Assembly (NCBI GenBank): GCA_002269645.1
Contig: NIVC01001376.1
Location: forward strand, 62,001 to 126,000
DNA length: 64,000 nucleotides
Reading direction: 5' to 3'
From: Macrostomum lignano
Taxonomy: Eukaryota
Position numbers and translations under genes: made by a program. Positions 46,667 to 58,132 of the stretch are shown here, piece after piece (the first letter of the stretch is position 1; each line of letters opens with the position of its first letter). The notes under the pieces were generated by a model that had not been told where the DNA came from, made no database searches, and saw only the letters and a program-made list of their open reading frames with translations.

Positions 46667-47649
46667 AAATAGATAGATTAACCACCGCACGAATACGAAA
46701 TATGAACCGAATTTAAGTATTAGTAACAACAGACGGTCAGAAATTCACAGTCGAATAACGAGACAATCAAAGTAGTTAATATTGATGCAACTGACAATAA
46801 CGGACAGTAGTATTCGCAATTAATATTGGTAATACATGCTGCTTAACATTTTGGTAAGCAGCAAGTCATTAGAAGAACAATATATTGAGAGTATTGAAGG
46901 ATTAAAAGTCACAATAAGCAAAAGCGATGCGCGTATTTATTAATTGTTTGTCACTGAGTAGTTCAAAATGCGCGCTTAGGTCATCCATGGAAGAGCACGG
47001 ATTTGCCGAGCCGGCCACAGCTCGACGGTCGGTCAGCTATGGTGTCATCGCACGCCCACCAGACACACACAGCAGACACCCGACAGGCACACTATCTAAC
47101 CCAAAAACGAGACAAAAATTTAACGGGAAGCGTGAACAGAAAAACCACAAAAGGAAAGAAATGGCAAGGATGAGAACTTAGAATGACGATGCAAGACAAC
47201 TGCGATCACGCAGACAAAAACCTCCGGGCCGGCACAAGCCGCGCTGGGCACGCCTCAAGGGACGCCGACACCACCCGGGGAGAGACAACGACATCTGCAC
47301 ACAGCAGGTAAGCGGCATGACGGAACAGCTGAACACATCAGCTTAGCTGGCTACTGCACAAGAGAAGGCCATACTACTGGCAACAATGCAAGGGACGTGC
47401 TGACAGGGCTGAAGTGATGAGATGATGGGTGACAAATGACTGATGATTTATTTTTTCTCTTTTTATATTTTATTCCTTTTTTGTCCAGTGTTTTATTTTC
47501 CCGTTTTAGATTTTTTTTGCGCTTTTCATACTTTTGCCTGAACAACAAATTCACATGCGTTAACTGTTATTTTATACTTGTTTCTCTACATGTACATGTA
47601 CAAGTACACGTACAAGTACTTCTGACCCCGTTGCATGACACAGTAGGTT

Positions 47650-50600
47650 CTACATGAGTTGTTGCATGAGAAGGTTTACTATTGACGTACCGATACAGGA
47701 CCTGAACCTGATCGGCTTGCGCACTGTTCTGCCTGAGCGCGTCCTGACACCTGGTTGTTGCCCTACTGTTGCTGCAGAAGGGGTGGTAATGCTACTGTCC
47801 CGCTCTGTGACATCGTCAACAGACTCTACCTGCAAGACCGGCTCCGCCTCATTACCAGACATAGCAGGCTCTGCCGCTGAAGCAACAGGTTCAGCTTCTA
47901 CCGACGTGCTGGTGCGAACTGGCTCAGCTTGTGCTGGTGCGGATGAGTCAGTGACTTCGGCTATTTCAGCTTGCTCTTGTTCGTCCCCCGTCCTCCGAGC
48001 TGATGCTCGACCCGACGCCGTGGATGATTTGCTGTCAGCGGACGCGGACGACGACGACGGTAGTCTAGGTGCTAACTGACCTGACGAGTGTGAACTCGAG
48101 TGCGATTCTAGTGACCGTTCAGACTGCTCACTGCTCGAGCTCGACGTGGGTGAAGATGAAATGCGATCGCCACGGGCGGCTGGAGAGATTGCAAGCAGGT
48201 CGTGGCAACTTGACTGACTGTCATTCAAGCTCACCGAAAGGAGCCAATCTGCTCTGCTCCACGACCACCGTAGCAATCGATTTTACCCTGGTAGGTTGGT
48301 TTGCGAATGCAGCGCTTTATTCTGTCAACGTTGTATACATTGTGTTTCGGGTTCGGCAAACGCTCAGATGGGTTTTGAAGGCCAGCTTCTGGGACCAGCC
48401 GGTAGTTCCGTTCAGAAATCTTTTGGCTCACTCTGTAAGGTCCGAGCCACACGGCCGTATCTAAGCCCCTGTGATTTGAGTTTAAGACCCATACAATTTC
48501 ACCGACTTCAAAGTTGGAATGCAACGCGCTTCGATCATAGAGGCGCTTTTGACGCTCTTGAGCTCTACCTCGAGTTTGGCGGGCTTTGGCCGAGACCTCG
48601 ACCAGTAGTCTATGCAAGTAGTGAGCGTACTGCTCTGGACTATAACTATCCCGCGCTGGGGGGCAGTAGACTAGGTCGAGCGGCAAGGACAGTTCACGGC
48701 CAAAAAAAGTTTTGCTGGTGAAAACCCAGTCGACTCAGCCACTGTTGCGCGGATGGACAGCGAAGCTAAGCGAGCTGCGAGCGGCCAGTCAAACTGCCGT
48801 TCAAGACAGACAGCTCGAATTTGCGATTTGATAGTCTGTATCATCCTTTCGACTTTCCCATTTGCTTGGGGGCGCCGAGCTGTTATGTGCACCATTTCAA
48901 CCTCGAGAAGGCGAGTCAGTTCGGCCACGACGCTGTGTTTATGAATGCTGTGCCGTTATCGGACACCAGCTGCTCCATAGCGCCATATCTTACTACCCAT
49001 TCAGTCAATAGAGCCGTTGCTGTGGTCTCTGCGGAAACGTCTGTGACCGGTGTTACTTCGACAAATCCCGAGAAACGATCGACCATTACGAGCAAGTATT
49101 TCAACCCGGACTGTTCGGGGAAAGGCCCGGCATGGTCGATGTGGACTACTTGATTAGTGAACCCCGACAGCTCAGGCTGCATTGGCTCCTTATTCTTTCG
49201 TTTTGATTTTTTAGTTCGCGCGCAAACTTCACACTCTGCGATAGTTTCTTTCACGTAGGTGTCTAGATCAGAGATAGCAAAGCGATTTCGAACAGCAGCG
49301 ATTGTCTTAGTGATGCCGCAGTGATTAATTTCTTTGTGATATCTTGTTACTATCTCACTGATGTTTGCAGTTTCTGGTATTACTAACACCCGTGTTGTAA
49401 TTTTAGTCTTAGTGGCCTGTTTGCGCTGGTATAGTAGCCCGTGCTCGATGCTTAGCTCCTCGAACTGGGCCCAAAGCGCACGGATCTCTCGACTACAGCC
49501 CTGAAGATCAAACTTGGACAGCTTAGGTGCTTTGCCCTTTACGCTTTCAATCAAGCGAATCAGGTCGATGCAAGACTCTTGAGCCTCTCTGGCCCATTCT
49601 AAGTCCTGGGCATCCTCGTCTTCCTCGTCTTCCTCTTCAACGTTTTCATCCGACTGTTCAAGAGCTTCGTTTGGCTGTGCTAAAACCGCGGAAGTCCGAT
49701 TCAAGTCTACATTGATAATTGCTTCTTCGTTAGCGACAGACTCGTCGACTACCTCCTCCCATTCGGTTTGGCTACTAGAATCTACTGTAGTTCGCTGCAC
49801 ACTAATCTTGCGGACTTCTGCGTCGGCTTGGGCGGACTTCAGATTGCGTTTGAACTTTTCCTGAAACTCTGGGACCTTCGAGCAAGAGGGGCAATCGAAG
49901 TGGTCAGCTCGGAATCTCGGGTTACGGCTGAGGACATCTGCGTTCACAATTTCCTTCCCCGGTCTGTACTGGATCTGGAAGTCATACTCAGCCAACCGCT
50001 CTAGAGTCGACTGCTGGATCTTAAAGTCAAACAACTCTATTGTGACCAGCCACTGGGCTAGCATGCCAGTGGCACTTTTCTTAGAATGCAGCCACTGCAA
50101 GGCGGCTGCATCAGTTCGCACGAGGAAGGGCTTGTTTAGCAAGTACGTCCTAAAATGTTCGAGCATCAATACGAGCCCGAGGAGTTCCCGCATAGTCGCA
50201 CAATAATTTCTTTGGCTGGCAGAGAATTTCTTTGATGCATAGGCTATGACATGCTCCGTGCCAGCAGCACCTTCCTGTGACAGGACAGCACCGACACCGT
50301 CTAACGAGCTATCACAGTCTAGGATAAACTGGTTGCCATGTGGAGACAAGTCAGGGTATGCAAGAACTGGCGGCGAGCAAAGATTCTTCTTGAGCTCTTG
50401 GAAGGCGCACTCGTGGCAGTCCAGCCACTGGAATCGTTCTGAGCCCTTAGCCAGTGCATACAACGGTGTTGCAAGAATGGAAAAGCGTGGCACAAATTTC
50501 CTGTAATAATTTGCGAATCCTAAGAAAGAAAGAAGCTGGCGCTTATCGGTTGGTGTACACCAGTCCTGGACTGCTTGCGTCTTTTTAGGATCCGCCTCAA

Positions 50601-52827
50601 TCCCCTTGGCAGAGACGATAAAGCCTAGGAAGGACACTTTCTCCTTAAAGAGTTCACATTTGGATGGCCTTATCTTTAAGTTGGCTTTTCGGAGCTGCCA
50701 GAGCACCATGGCCAAGTGGCTGATCATCTGATCATTGTTAAGACCTTTGATTATTATGTCATCCAGATAAATCAAGCTGACTTTCATTAGGAGGGGGCGA
50801 AAGACTCGGTGCATCAGTTTTGCGAAATTAGCTGGCGCCGTTTTTATACCAAAAGGCACGACTCTCCAGCGGAATGTCCCCTGAGGGCATGAGAAGGCGG
50901 TTAGATCCCGATCTTCCTCTCGAATGCCCATTTGCCAGTACGCTGATGTTAGATCGAGGCTCGAGAAGACAGCTGAACCGGCGAGGCTATCAAAAGACTC
51001 CTCAATCAGCGGAAGGGGAAAACTACATGGCTTGATCAGCTTATTTACTGATCTATAGTCGATGCACAGTCGTTGAGACCCATCCTTTTTCTTTACAAGA
51101 ACTATCGGTGAGGACCATTCTGAGTCACATTCTTCTATTACTCCCTGCTCTAGTAGTTGAGTGATGTGCTTATCTAAGAAAACTTTTTGACTCGGTGTTG
51201 TGCGACGGGATGCGAGAGCAATTGGTCTGGTGTTCTTGTCTTGAAGCTCAATCGCCATCTCTTGAAGACTAGTTTTACCAAGATCAGTGTCGCTTCGTGA
51301 AATTTGGCTCATGAAGTGATTCAGCAGCTTTAGTGTGGTTGCCAGCTGTGTCTGTGTTAAGCGAGTCTTATCAAGATGAAATTGTTGGGTTAGCCATGCT
51401 GCGATACTTTTATCAGGAGCCGGTAGTTTAGATAATTTACTATTGAGGTTCTGAGCATTGTCAATGGCAAAATCGCTCTCCGTCAAGGCGGTCTGAGCGA
51501 CAACTTCCCCTGAGCCTAGCTCTTGAAACGATGCGATCTCCTGACCCTTTTCGATCCGGGACGGTTGATCGCTACTATTAAGGAGACGGACTAAGACATG
51601 GCTTGATGTGCTAACACTATCGATAGACCTGGCTACAAAGCACTCAGAGTCTGTGTTGAATAGCTTAGATGACACGATGCCTTGAGCACATGGTGATGGA
51701 TCAAGCACTCGACTGGGGATCAGTGTCTCGGATCGCGGTGGCAAGTCGAGAGAGCTTGCTGCAAGGACGCGGCGAATCCGATAAATGCCGTGATCTCCTT
51801 CGACCACTGGAACTGACTCTCCTGAGACCACAACTCTGCCCTCAACGAAATCCAGCAGCACTGAAAAGCTGCGCAAGAAGTCAACTCCTAGAAGGGCTTC
51901 AGTGCTAGACTCTTCAGTGACCAAAAATTGGTGTGGCTTGACTACCTTTCCTAGTTTGACATCACACCGCAGGGAGCCCAAGATTCGTGTTTTGGACCCA
52001 TTGAAAGCCGTTGCACTGCTTGGATTTCGTGCTGGTGTGAAAGTATTGTTAACTGGGTCTGCTTCAACTAGGCGATTCATGACCTGCTTTCCCAGCATGC
52101 TCGCATTGGCACCCGAGTCGAGGCAAGCCATGACCTGTTTATCACCGATGAGGAGCTGGACAAAGTAGCTCGACTCAATTTCAGCGCCACCGATTCCCGA
52201 CTGAGCACGGAAAGCATGGGCAGACTCTGAAATAGGCTTGATGTCACAGGCTTGATCATGTTTGCGGCCTGTATCTACCTGCCTTCGGAACTGGACACGA
52301 GTTCCAGCCAGCTGGTGCTGTTCAGCAAGTTTGCGAAGGGCAGGAGAAAGTTCACCCATGTGAAAAAAAAGTTGCTCGTTGAGTTGCTCAGATTGAATGA
52401 AGCCATAGTTTCCCCTGGCTACAGAGATGGCCCCAGTCTCTGAGGCAGACTGCTGGGCCCTTGGGTCTTGGCTAGACCTTTTAAACCTAGAATTTTCCCC
52501 AGATGAAGGTGGTGAAGGGCAGTCAGCAACTAGGTGGCCAGTTTGACCACAGCGATAGCATGCTCTCTGCTTAGCAACTGGGCCTTGAGCCTTCCCATAG
52601 CCCCTCTGAGCAGCCCTGATGTTTGCAGTCGGCAAGTTTGAATGGCCACCTGATTCTTGCAGTCTCAGTTCTTGTTGCTGAAGCCTTTTCTCAAGATCAC
52701 GGATGCGCGCTTCAAGTGCTGCTTTCTCGTTGTCAACAGCCCGGAGGTTCACTGGCGGCTGGGGTTGCAAAAGCTGGTGCACACCAATCATCTCATTGGC
52801 CTTGCGGGCGAGGTCAGCTGAGGACAC
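47650..52827 (-). pseudogene. pol: Gag C-terminus (CCHC), CSD, PR, dUTPase-like, RT, RH and IN of Gypsy-2; integrase frameshifted near 48925 and 48710
   Basis: 1303-aa ORF with CYRCGQTGHLVADC, NYGFIQ..LFFH, LDSGA, YLDD, DCDSS, HCG..CEVC, HIDHAGP and SDNG. It continues in 48928-48671, 48686-48231 and 48276-47650. Confidence 0.93.
52234..52434 (-). other. Cold-shock domain inside the Gypsy-2 Gag-Pol, in frame between the CCHC knuckle and the protease
   Basis: GAISVARGNYGFIQSEQLNEQLFFHMGELSPALRKLAEQHQLAGTRVQFRRQVDTGRKHDQACDIKP; YGFI and LFFH match UNR/CSDE1-type CSD RNP motifs. Confidence 0.8.
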
Positions 52828-53507
52828 ACCCCAACAACCCCGCGGGACCAGAGCAGCAACTTTTCGGCAAGCGCCTTGTCTCTAAGACCGTAGCAAAATC
52901 TAGCCCTCATCAGGGGTTCAGCTTCACTAACGGACACCTTAGCAGCACGCGCATAACACAACAATCTATCGTAGAACTCTGAGATGGATTCCTGCTCAGT
53001 CTGATAGGCAGCAACAAGCTCCATGTAGCTTTTTTCGCTGGCATTTGACTCCGTATAACGAGAACGGAGAGCTTTTAGTGCGTCTTGGCAGCTCTTTCCT
53101 TTCAACTGATTATTAAAGAAAAACTCTTGACATTCTGGCGCCAGAAGGCTTAACAGGACAGCTGTCTCCTGTTTTTCCGGAACCCTGTGGGCTTCTAAAT
53201 ATGCAAGGAACTGAGCCTCCCAGATATCAAAGTTCAATTTTGCACTGAAAGGTACAGGTGGCCGAAGGCGGACAGCCAAGACATCTTCACTCTTGACAGG
53301 CAAGGAGTTGGGACTGTCGCCAGTTAGTTTCAAATCAATCAGTCGATGTAACGAAGCCAATGCATCAGCAAGAGCATTGTGTGTGACAGCATCCTCTCTC
53401 TTGACTTCGGCTGGCTGCTGCTGGGGCTGGCCAGCTTCGGCAACACTAAAGGGATGGTCAGGATCTCCATTAGTCGCTCCACCCCCATCATCCTATGTGT
53501 TGGACAT
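52788..53507 (-). pseudogene. gag: Gag N-terminal/capsid part of Gypsy-2; nonsense at codon 5 and frameshift near 52830
   Basis: ATG at 53507 reads M-S-N-T-stop (TAG 53495-53493), then continues in frame to LASLHRL..FDIWEAQF..MRARFCYGLRD, homologous to Gypsy-1 Gag. Confidence 0.85.
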
Positions 53508-54166
53508 CCCAGAAAATACAGAGCAGAGAAGGAATAAATAAACAAATTACAAGAATAGATGAAGTCACGAAGGAAAGAAGCGACACTAATACTAACACGC
53601 CAAAAGTGTCTGGTGGGGGGAAGCACTGAACCCAGGGTGACCTACTCCTACAGCCCTAGAACAAGCAATCCGCGAATGCTATTCCACCAGACACGGTCCC
53701 TATACTAAAGGCAGGTAGCGTGCGTGCTCACCAGGAACAATCCGACAGCTGAACACTCAGGTTGTCGATCGGGATTCAGTAGGACACGTTGTGGCCTCGG
53801 CCGTCGTTAGCAGGATAGCTCGTACTAGGCAGCTCAGCGGGCCGTGTTGTTCGTAAATTCCAGCAGATTCTCGTTGGTGGTTCCAGTCAGCAAAGACTGG
53901 TGACGCAGCAGGTCTCGGTGGTGTCCGCCAGTGATGGCAATTACAGCGTGATACGGTTGGCGACGGCGAGAGGGCGACAATGGACTACGGTGGCGATGGT
54001 TTGCGGCGACGTCAACAGGCGACAGCAAGTAGAAATTCGACGATGATAATGGCAGGTGGCGGTGGCAGTTGGCGACAATGAACTAGCCGGTTCAGACAAT
54101 GAATAGATGAAGTCAACGGTTTATCGAAGAACTGACGATTGGATAGGCGGGCCAATTGTAAATGAT

Positions 54167-54184
54167 GTCTCGGTGGGACCTCCA
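54167..54184 (-). promoter_or_regulatory. tRNA-Gln primer-binding site of Gypsy-2
   Basis: Minus strand TGGAGGTCCCACCGAGAC, 3 nt from the LTR. Confidence 0.88.
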
Positions 54185-54187
54185 AAA

Positions 54188-54575
54188 TGTGGCGTAGACG
54201 TAGCGAGTTTGAGATTTAGTAAGCGATTATTTAATTAATTATTTATTTAATTATTTATTCGTTAGCTAGTTCAATTAGTAGTAGTGTTGACACGCAGGGC
54301 ACGAGACAAAACGCCGAGAAGAGGAAAGTACAATTAACGAGCGCGAGGCAACATTTAAATTGGCGGGGAAATCCGATTCATTTAAACCTAAGATATCTAT
54401 CAAAAAAGTAGTAATAACTTGGACTTAAATAAATAAAACTTAAAGTACATTTTTTCTAAATAAATTACATTAAATTAATAGCTAGGGAACCTGCAAATTA
54501 ATCAACTACAATAATTTTAAGTAATAAAAACTCACATAGAAACTAAAAATTTAAGATGCTAACGACGTCGTCACA
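54188..54575 (-). repeat. 5' LTR of Gypsy-2
   Basis: Direct repeat of 46266-46653. Confidence 0.97.
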
Positions 54576-55041
54576 GTCAGATAATGTGGGTAGAAGGATA
54601 AGTGAGAAGAGCGAGATAAAACTTTTTACCCACAGTCAGATTAAAATGGCAGGCAAAAGTACAATGAAATTGTGACTTAAATGTAGAACTTATGAATGGA
54701 GCGCCTGTATCTTTAGTGTTTAGAGTTTTTTTTCTGTAAGTAATTCATGTCCCTACAAAAAAGCAGTTAAAAGCCTACAGTGTAGTGACGCTCTAGAATA
54801 GGAGATAACAGCGATTGTCCAATCATGCAAGTCTGCAAGCGATACCCAATAGGAAATCTACGGAATTGATCGATGACGGCAATAAAATGTTACTTTCGCG
54901 ATTTAAGAGCTGAGAGTATTTCACATTTGAATCTTTGAACCAGTAAACTATTTCTTTGCCTCGAATTATGCAAAGCACATTATTTTTTACAGTACTTCTG
55001 TCCAGTAAGTATCGATGCATCTTCACTGAATATTTGCTAAA

Positions 55042-58000
55042 ATGATTGTTATAGCATTAATCATTTCCTAAAACCTTGCAGTTTCAACTGAAATCTGTCA
55101 GACTGCAATTGTCTTCAATAAAGTGGACAGAATCGTATTAGACTCGACTGCAAGTACCGAGCTTATCAACATAGCGAATTCCGAATCAAACATTGACTGC
55201 CTAGCTAAATGTCAGTCAAAAGGATGCGCAGCTGCAAGCTTGATCTTGAAAAATGGTACTTGCAAGCTTTTGATCATTAATAATGCTTCGAACAACCATG
55301 AGCTGCCAGATGGTTTTCGAGACAATGTTTTAATTTCAAAAAGCAACGACTCGAATTTGTGGAAGGCCGCGACGTTTGATAAAATGCTGAGAATGAAAGC
55401 CAAAGTTAACATGACCTATCTGAGTAAGTATTTGCTCAAACACTGTTCTGTATTCACTTTTTTTTAATTCATTTTATTATTTGACGAAATCAGAACGAAC
55501 AAGTAAGACTGTAAGACTGGCAAGTAAGTAAACTTACTTTAACTAGACTAAGAAGCAGCTGTTTGCACTTTCTAACGAGCAGAAAATACCATCTTCTTTC
55601 CTGAACAGTAGAAATTAGCAGGATTCTTAATCTCTCATAACAAATTCACAGTTCTCAGAAACGATGATGAGGAAGAAAGTGAAGGCAACTGCACACCCTG
55701 TGTATCTTTGTGAGCTGAGGTTTCAGCGAAATGGGCATGGCTGCTTGTCTCCTCGCTGCCTGCAGGTCGACTATCACTTTTATTTGCATTAGTGCTCAAA
55801 TCCCTTAGGTAAAATTACTACCTGTCAACTTTAGACAGCAGCTCTGGGAGGCTGGGCAGCGTGCAGCAGCTCCTCATCAACATTACCGGCTGCTACCGGA
55901 TCGAGGTGGGCGGCGCCAGAGGCGGCCCTGGAAAATCTCGCCTTGGTGGTTTGGGCGCCACAGCGTCTGATTGTTTCTGGCTGAACGCTGGCACCCGTCT
56001 GGCCATCGCGATCGGTCAGGCAGGAGCACTGTCGCTGTCGAGTCTAGCTGGAGCCGGCGGAGGAGGCGGCACCTTCGTGTACACGAACTCTGACACTGTC
56101 TACAGGAATGTCTCCATCAGCAACTGGAATGTCAGCGACTGCATGCGGGATGGTAGTTCGGAGGCGGTGAGCTGCTACCTTCTTCTTGCGGCTGGCGGCG
56201 GCGGCGGGGCCTCAAATTTGAATGATGGTGAGTGTAATCAGAAATAAACCCGCGGGTACCAGTCTAACTATAACTTGGGCCAATACTACCAAATCAGTCA
56301 ATTAATTTGTTGCTTTTTTATTTGTTGAATGGAAAAACTAGAAAGGTTTTCATGTGCAATTTTGTCGGAAATATTGTTTTGGTATTCTACGAGCTAATCA
56401 GGCTAGACTGATATTTATATAATATAAAAGTGCATTAGGAGAACGCTGATGGAAGCAGCAGATAAAAGATGCAGGTTGCTGACCCACAGGAGACCCCAGA
56501 AGCCGATGGGCAGACCATACCAGAGCGCTGCACCAGCGTTCGTCGATAAGTCTATGTGAGCTCTGAGCTGCAGCAGCATCGTGGGGCTCAGAGCAATTTT
56601 TGCTTTGCTCGGGCGTCCCGCTTGCGCTTGACGCCCTGTAGCGCTAGGCGCACACTACTAGGCGTGGGTGAGTCAGGTCTTCCCGCTTGAGCCAGGCAAC
56701 TGCATGTAGAGATCTGCATGAGGAATTACCTCTTGTCAGGCCCTAAGAGTCAGCTGCGACGGTGAAGTCATCACAAGGTAGTTGCAAATAGTTTGGTGCC
56801 TGTTCCCTGCGGATCATCATTTGCTTGACCGCTTTAAAAAGCCGATAGTAAATGGTGACTTCTTTGGCGTCGGCTGGGAGAATATTTGCTTGATTTGCAC
56901 TCTCGGAATCATACCGCAACCCTTTCAGAATCAGAACTTAGCATTTGACTGTAGTTCCTCTTTTCACATGACTAGCTTGTTACGAGTATAAGTCCGTCGC
57001 ACGATAAGGCGGTCTCTGACATAATCTTGGGATTTAAAAGGCTAGAAACTGGTGCTGCTGGTGGTGGTTCACCGGTGATTCCTGTAGCCAGGAGACGCTG
57101 CTCTATCGTTTAGTTTTTTAATCTTCTCTTGTCATCGCATGTTCACTGGTCGGGTGATTGTCTTTGCGAATTCAGCAAAAATGTGAAAAGTGACAAGTCC
57201 TGCGAAAGAATAATTGGTGTTAAACTGATGCACACTGACCGACCGTTTTTTTGGGCGGCTGTGCCTTTGGCTATTGAGGGCGTGTCTCGTTTGTGCTTTC
57301 TGGTGGCAGCAGGTCCGTAGCTAGCAGCGGAAAGGATTCAGTCGCCCACCGAAAAACTGTTGTGCTATTTTATACAGGTAACCTCGTCAAAGCGCATGAC
57401 CGTGACATCTCCACCAGTTCTCCAATATGAACGTTTTACTCGTAGCACGCTGTAACCCCCATGAAAATGTATTGCTCTGCTACTAACGCCATCTAGCTCG
57501 TAGTAACAAAGTAATGTACCTAAGCTCATTGGTGCGATCCTAAGGCTCAGAAATTTCATAAAGTTTCCATGAGCGTTCTTAAAAGGGGCTCTCAAAGACG
57601 CACTTTTATTTATCGATCTTTCCTTTATAAATATATTTTTAGGCATCGCTGGCCAAGCTGGTACGTCCGGCACAAATTCCAAAGGTATTTTGACTAGCAG
57701 CGAAGGATTTGGCGGCTCCAATGGGAATCCGGGATACTTAGATCCGGAGAAGCGTTTCAGCACAAATGCGCACGGCGGCTGCGGCGCAGGCTGGCTTGGT
57801 CGTGCCGTAAATGCTCGAAAGTTAAGCATTGATGGCGACCACGGAGGCGGCCTCGCTGACGGCTGGCTGGGCGGAGTTACTGGTAACGATGGTACAGGAG
57901 GCGATGGGGCTTTGGTGGTGGCGGTGGAGGCGGTAACAATGCTGGAGCTTCTGGAGGCGGCGGTGGTTTTAGCGGTGGAGGAGCCGGTGTCGGCTACACC

Positions 58001-58132
58001 CAGGTCGGTGGTGGCGGTGGCTCTGTCTGCTTCGGAGGTGTCAGTTGCAGCATCAAAACTGCTGGCAACTCTGTTCGCGAGCAAGGCTTCGCGACCGTGC
58101 AACTGTTGAATTATCTGGCGTATGGTTGCTGA
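55042..58132 (+). pseudogene. Secreted PAN/Apple plus ALK/LTK-type glycine-rich-domain gene; exons about 55042-55423, 55835-56227 and 57643-58132; disrupted
   Basis: Signal-like MIVIALIIS (TAA at 55069); CLAKCQSKGCAAAS..GTCKL (PAN); TGCYRIEVGGARGG..IAIGQAG..GGGGGTFV..LLLAAGGGGGA; GIAGQAG..GFGGGGGG..GGGGGFSGG..GGGGS (GRD; needs one extra G near 57906). Splice phases are consistent. Confidence 0.75.
56430..56760 (-). pseudogene. Tyrosine-recombinase fragment (DIRS/Ngaro- or Crypton-type) in intron 2 of the PAN-GRD gene
   Basis: SLHAVA..ALQGVKRKRD..LSPTMLLQLRAHIDL..ALWYGLPIGFWGLLWVSNL; box-I GF.GLLR.SN with R changed to W. Confidence 0.65.

Larger units (their letters stand above)
46266..54575 (-). 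mobile_element. Full-length Ty3/Gypsy LTR retrotransposon (Gypsy-2), same lineage as Gypsy-1
   Basis: 388-bp LTRs at 46266-46653 and 54188-54575; 4-bp TSD GTCA (46262-46265 and 54576-54579); PBS and PPT present; gag-pol homologous to Gypsy-1. Confidence 0.97.
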
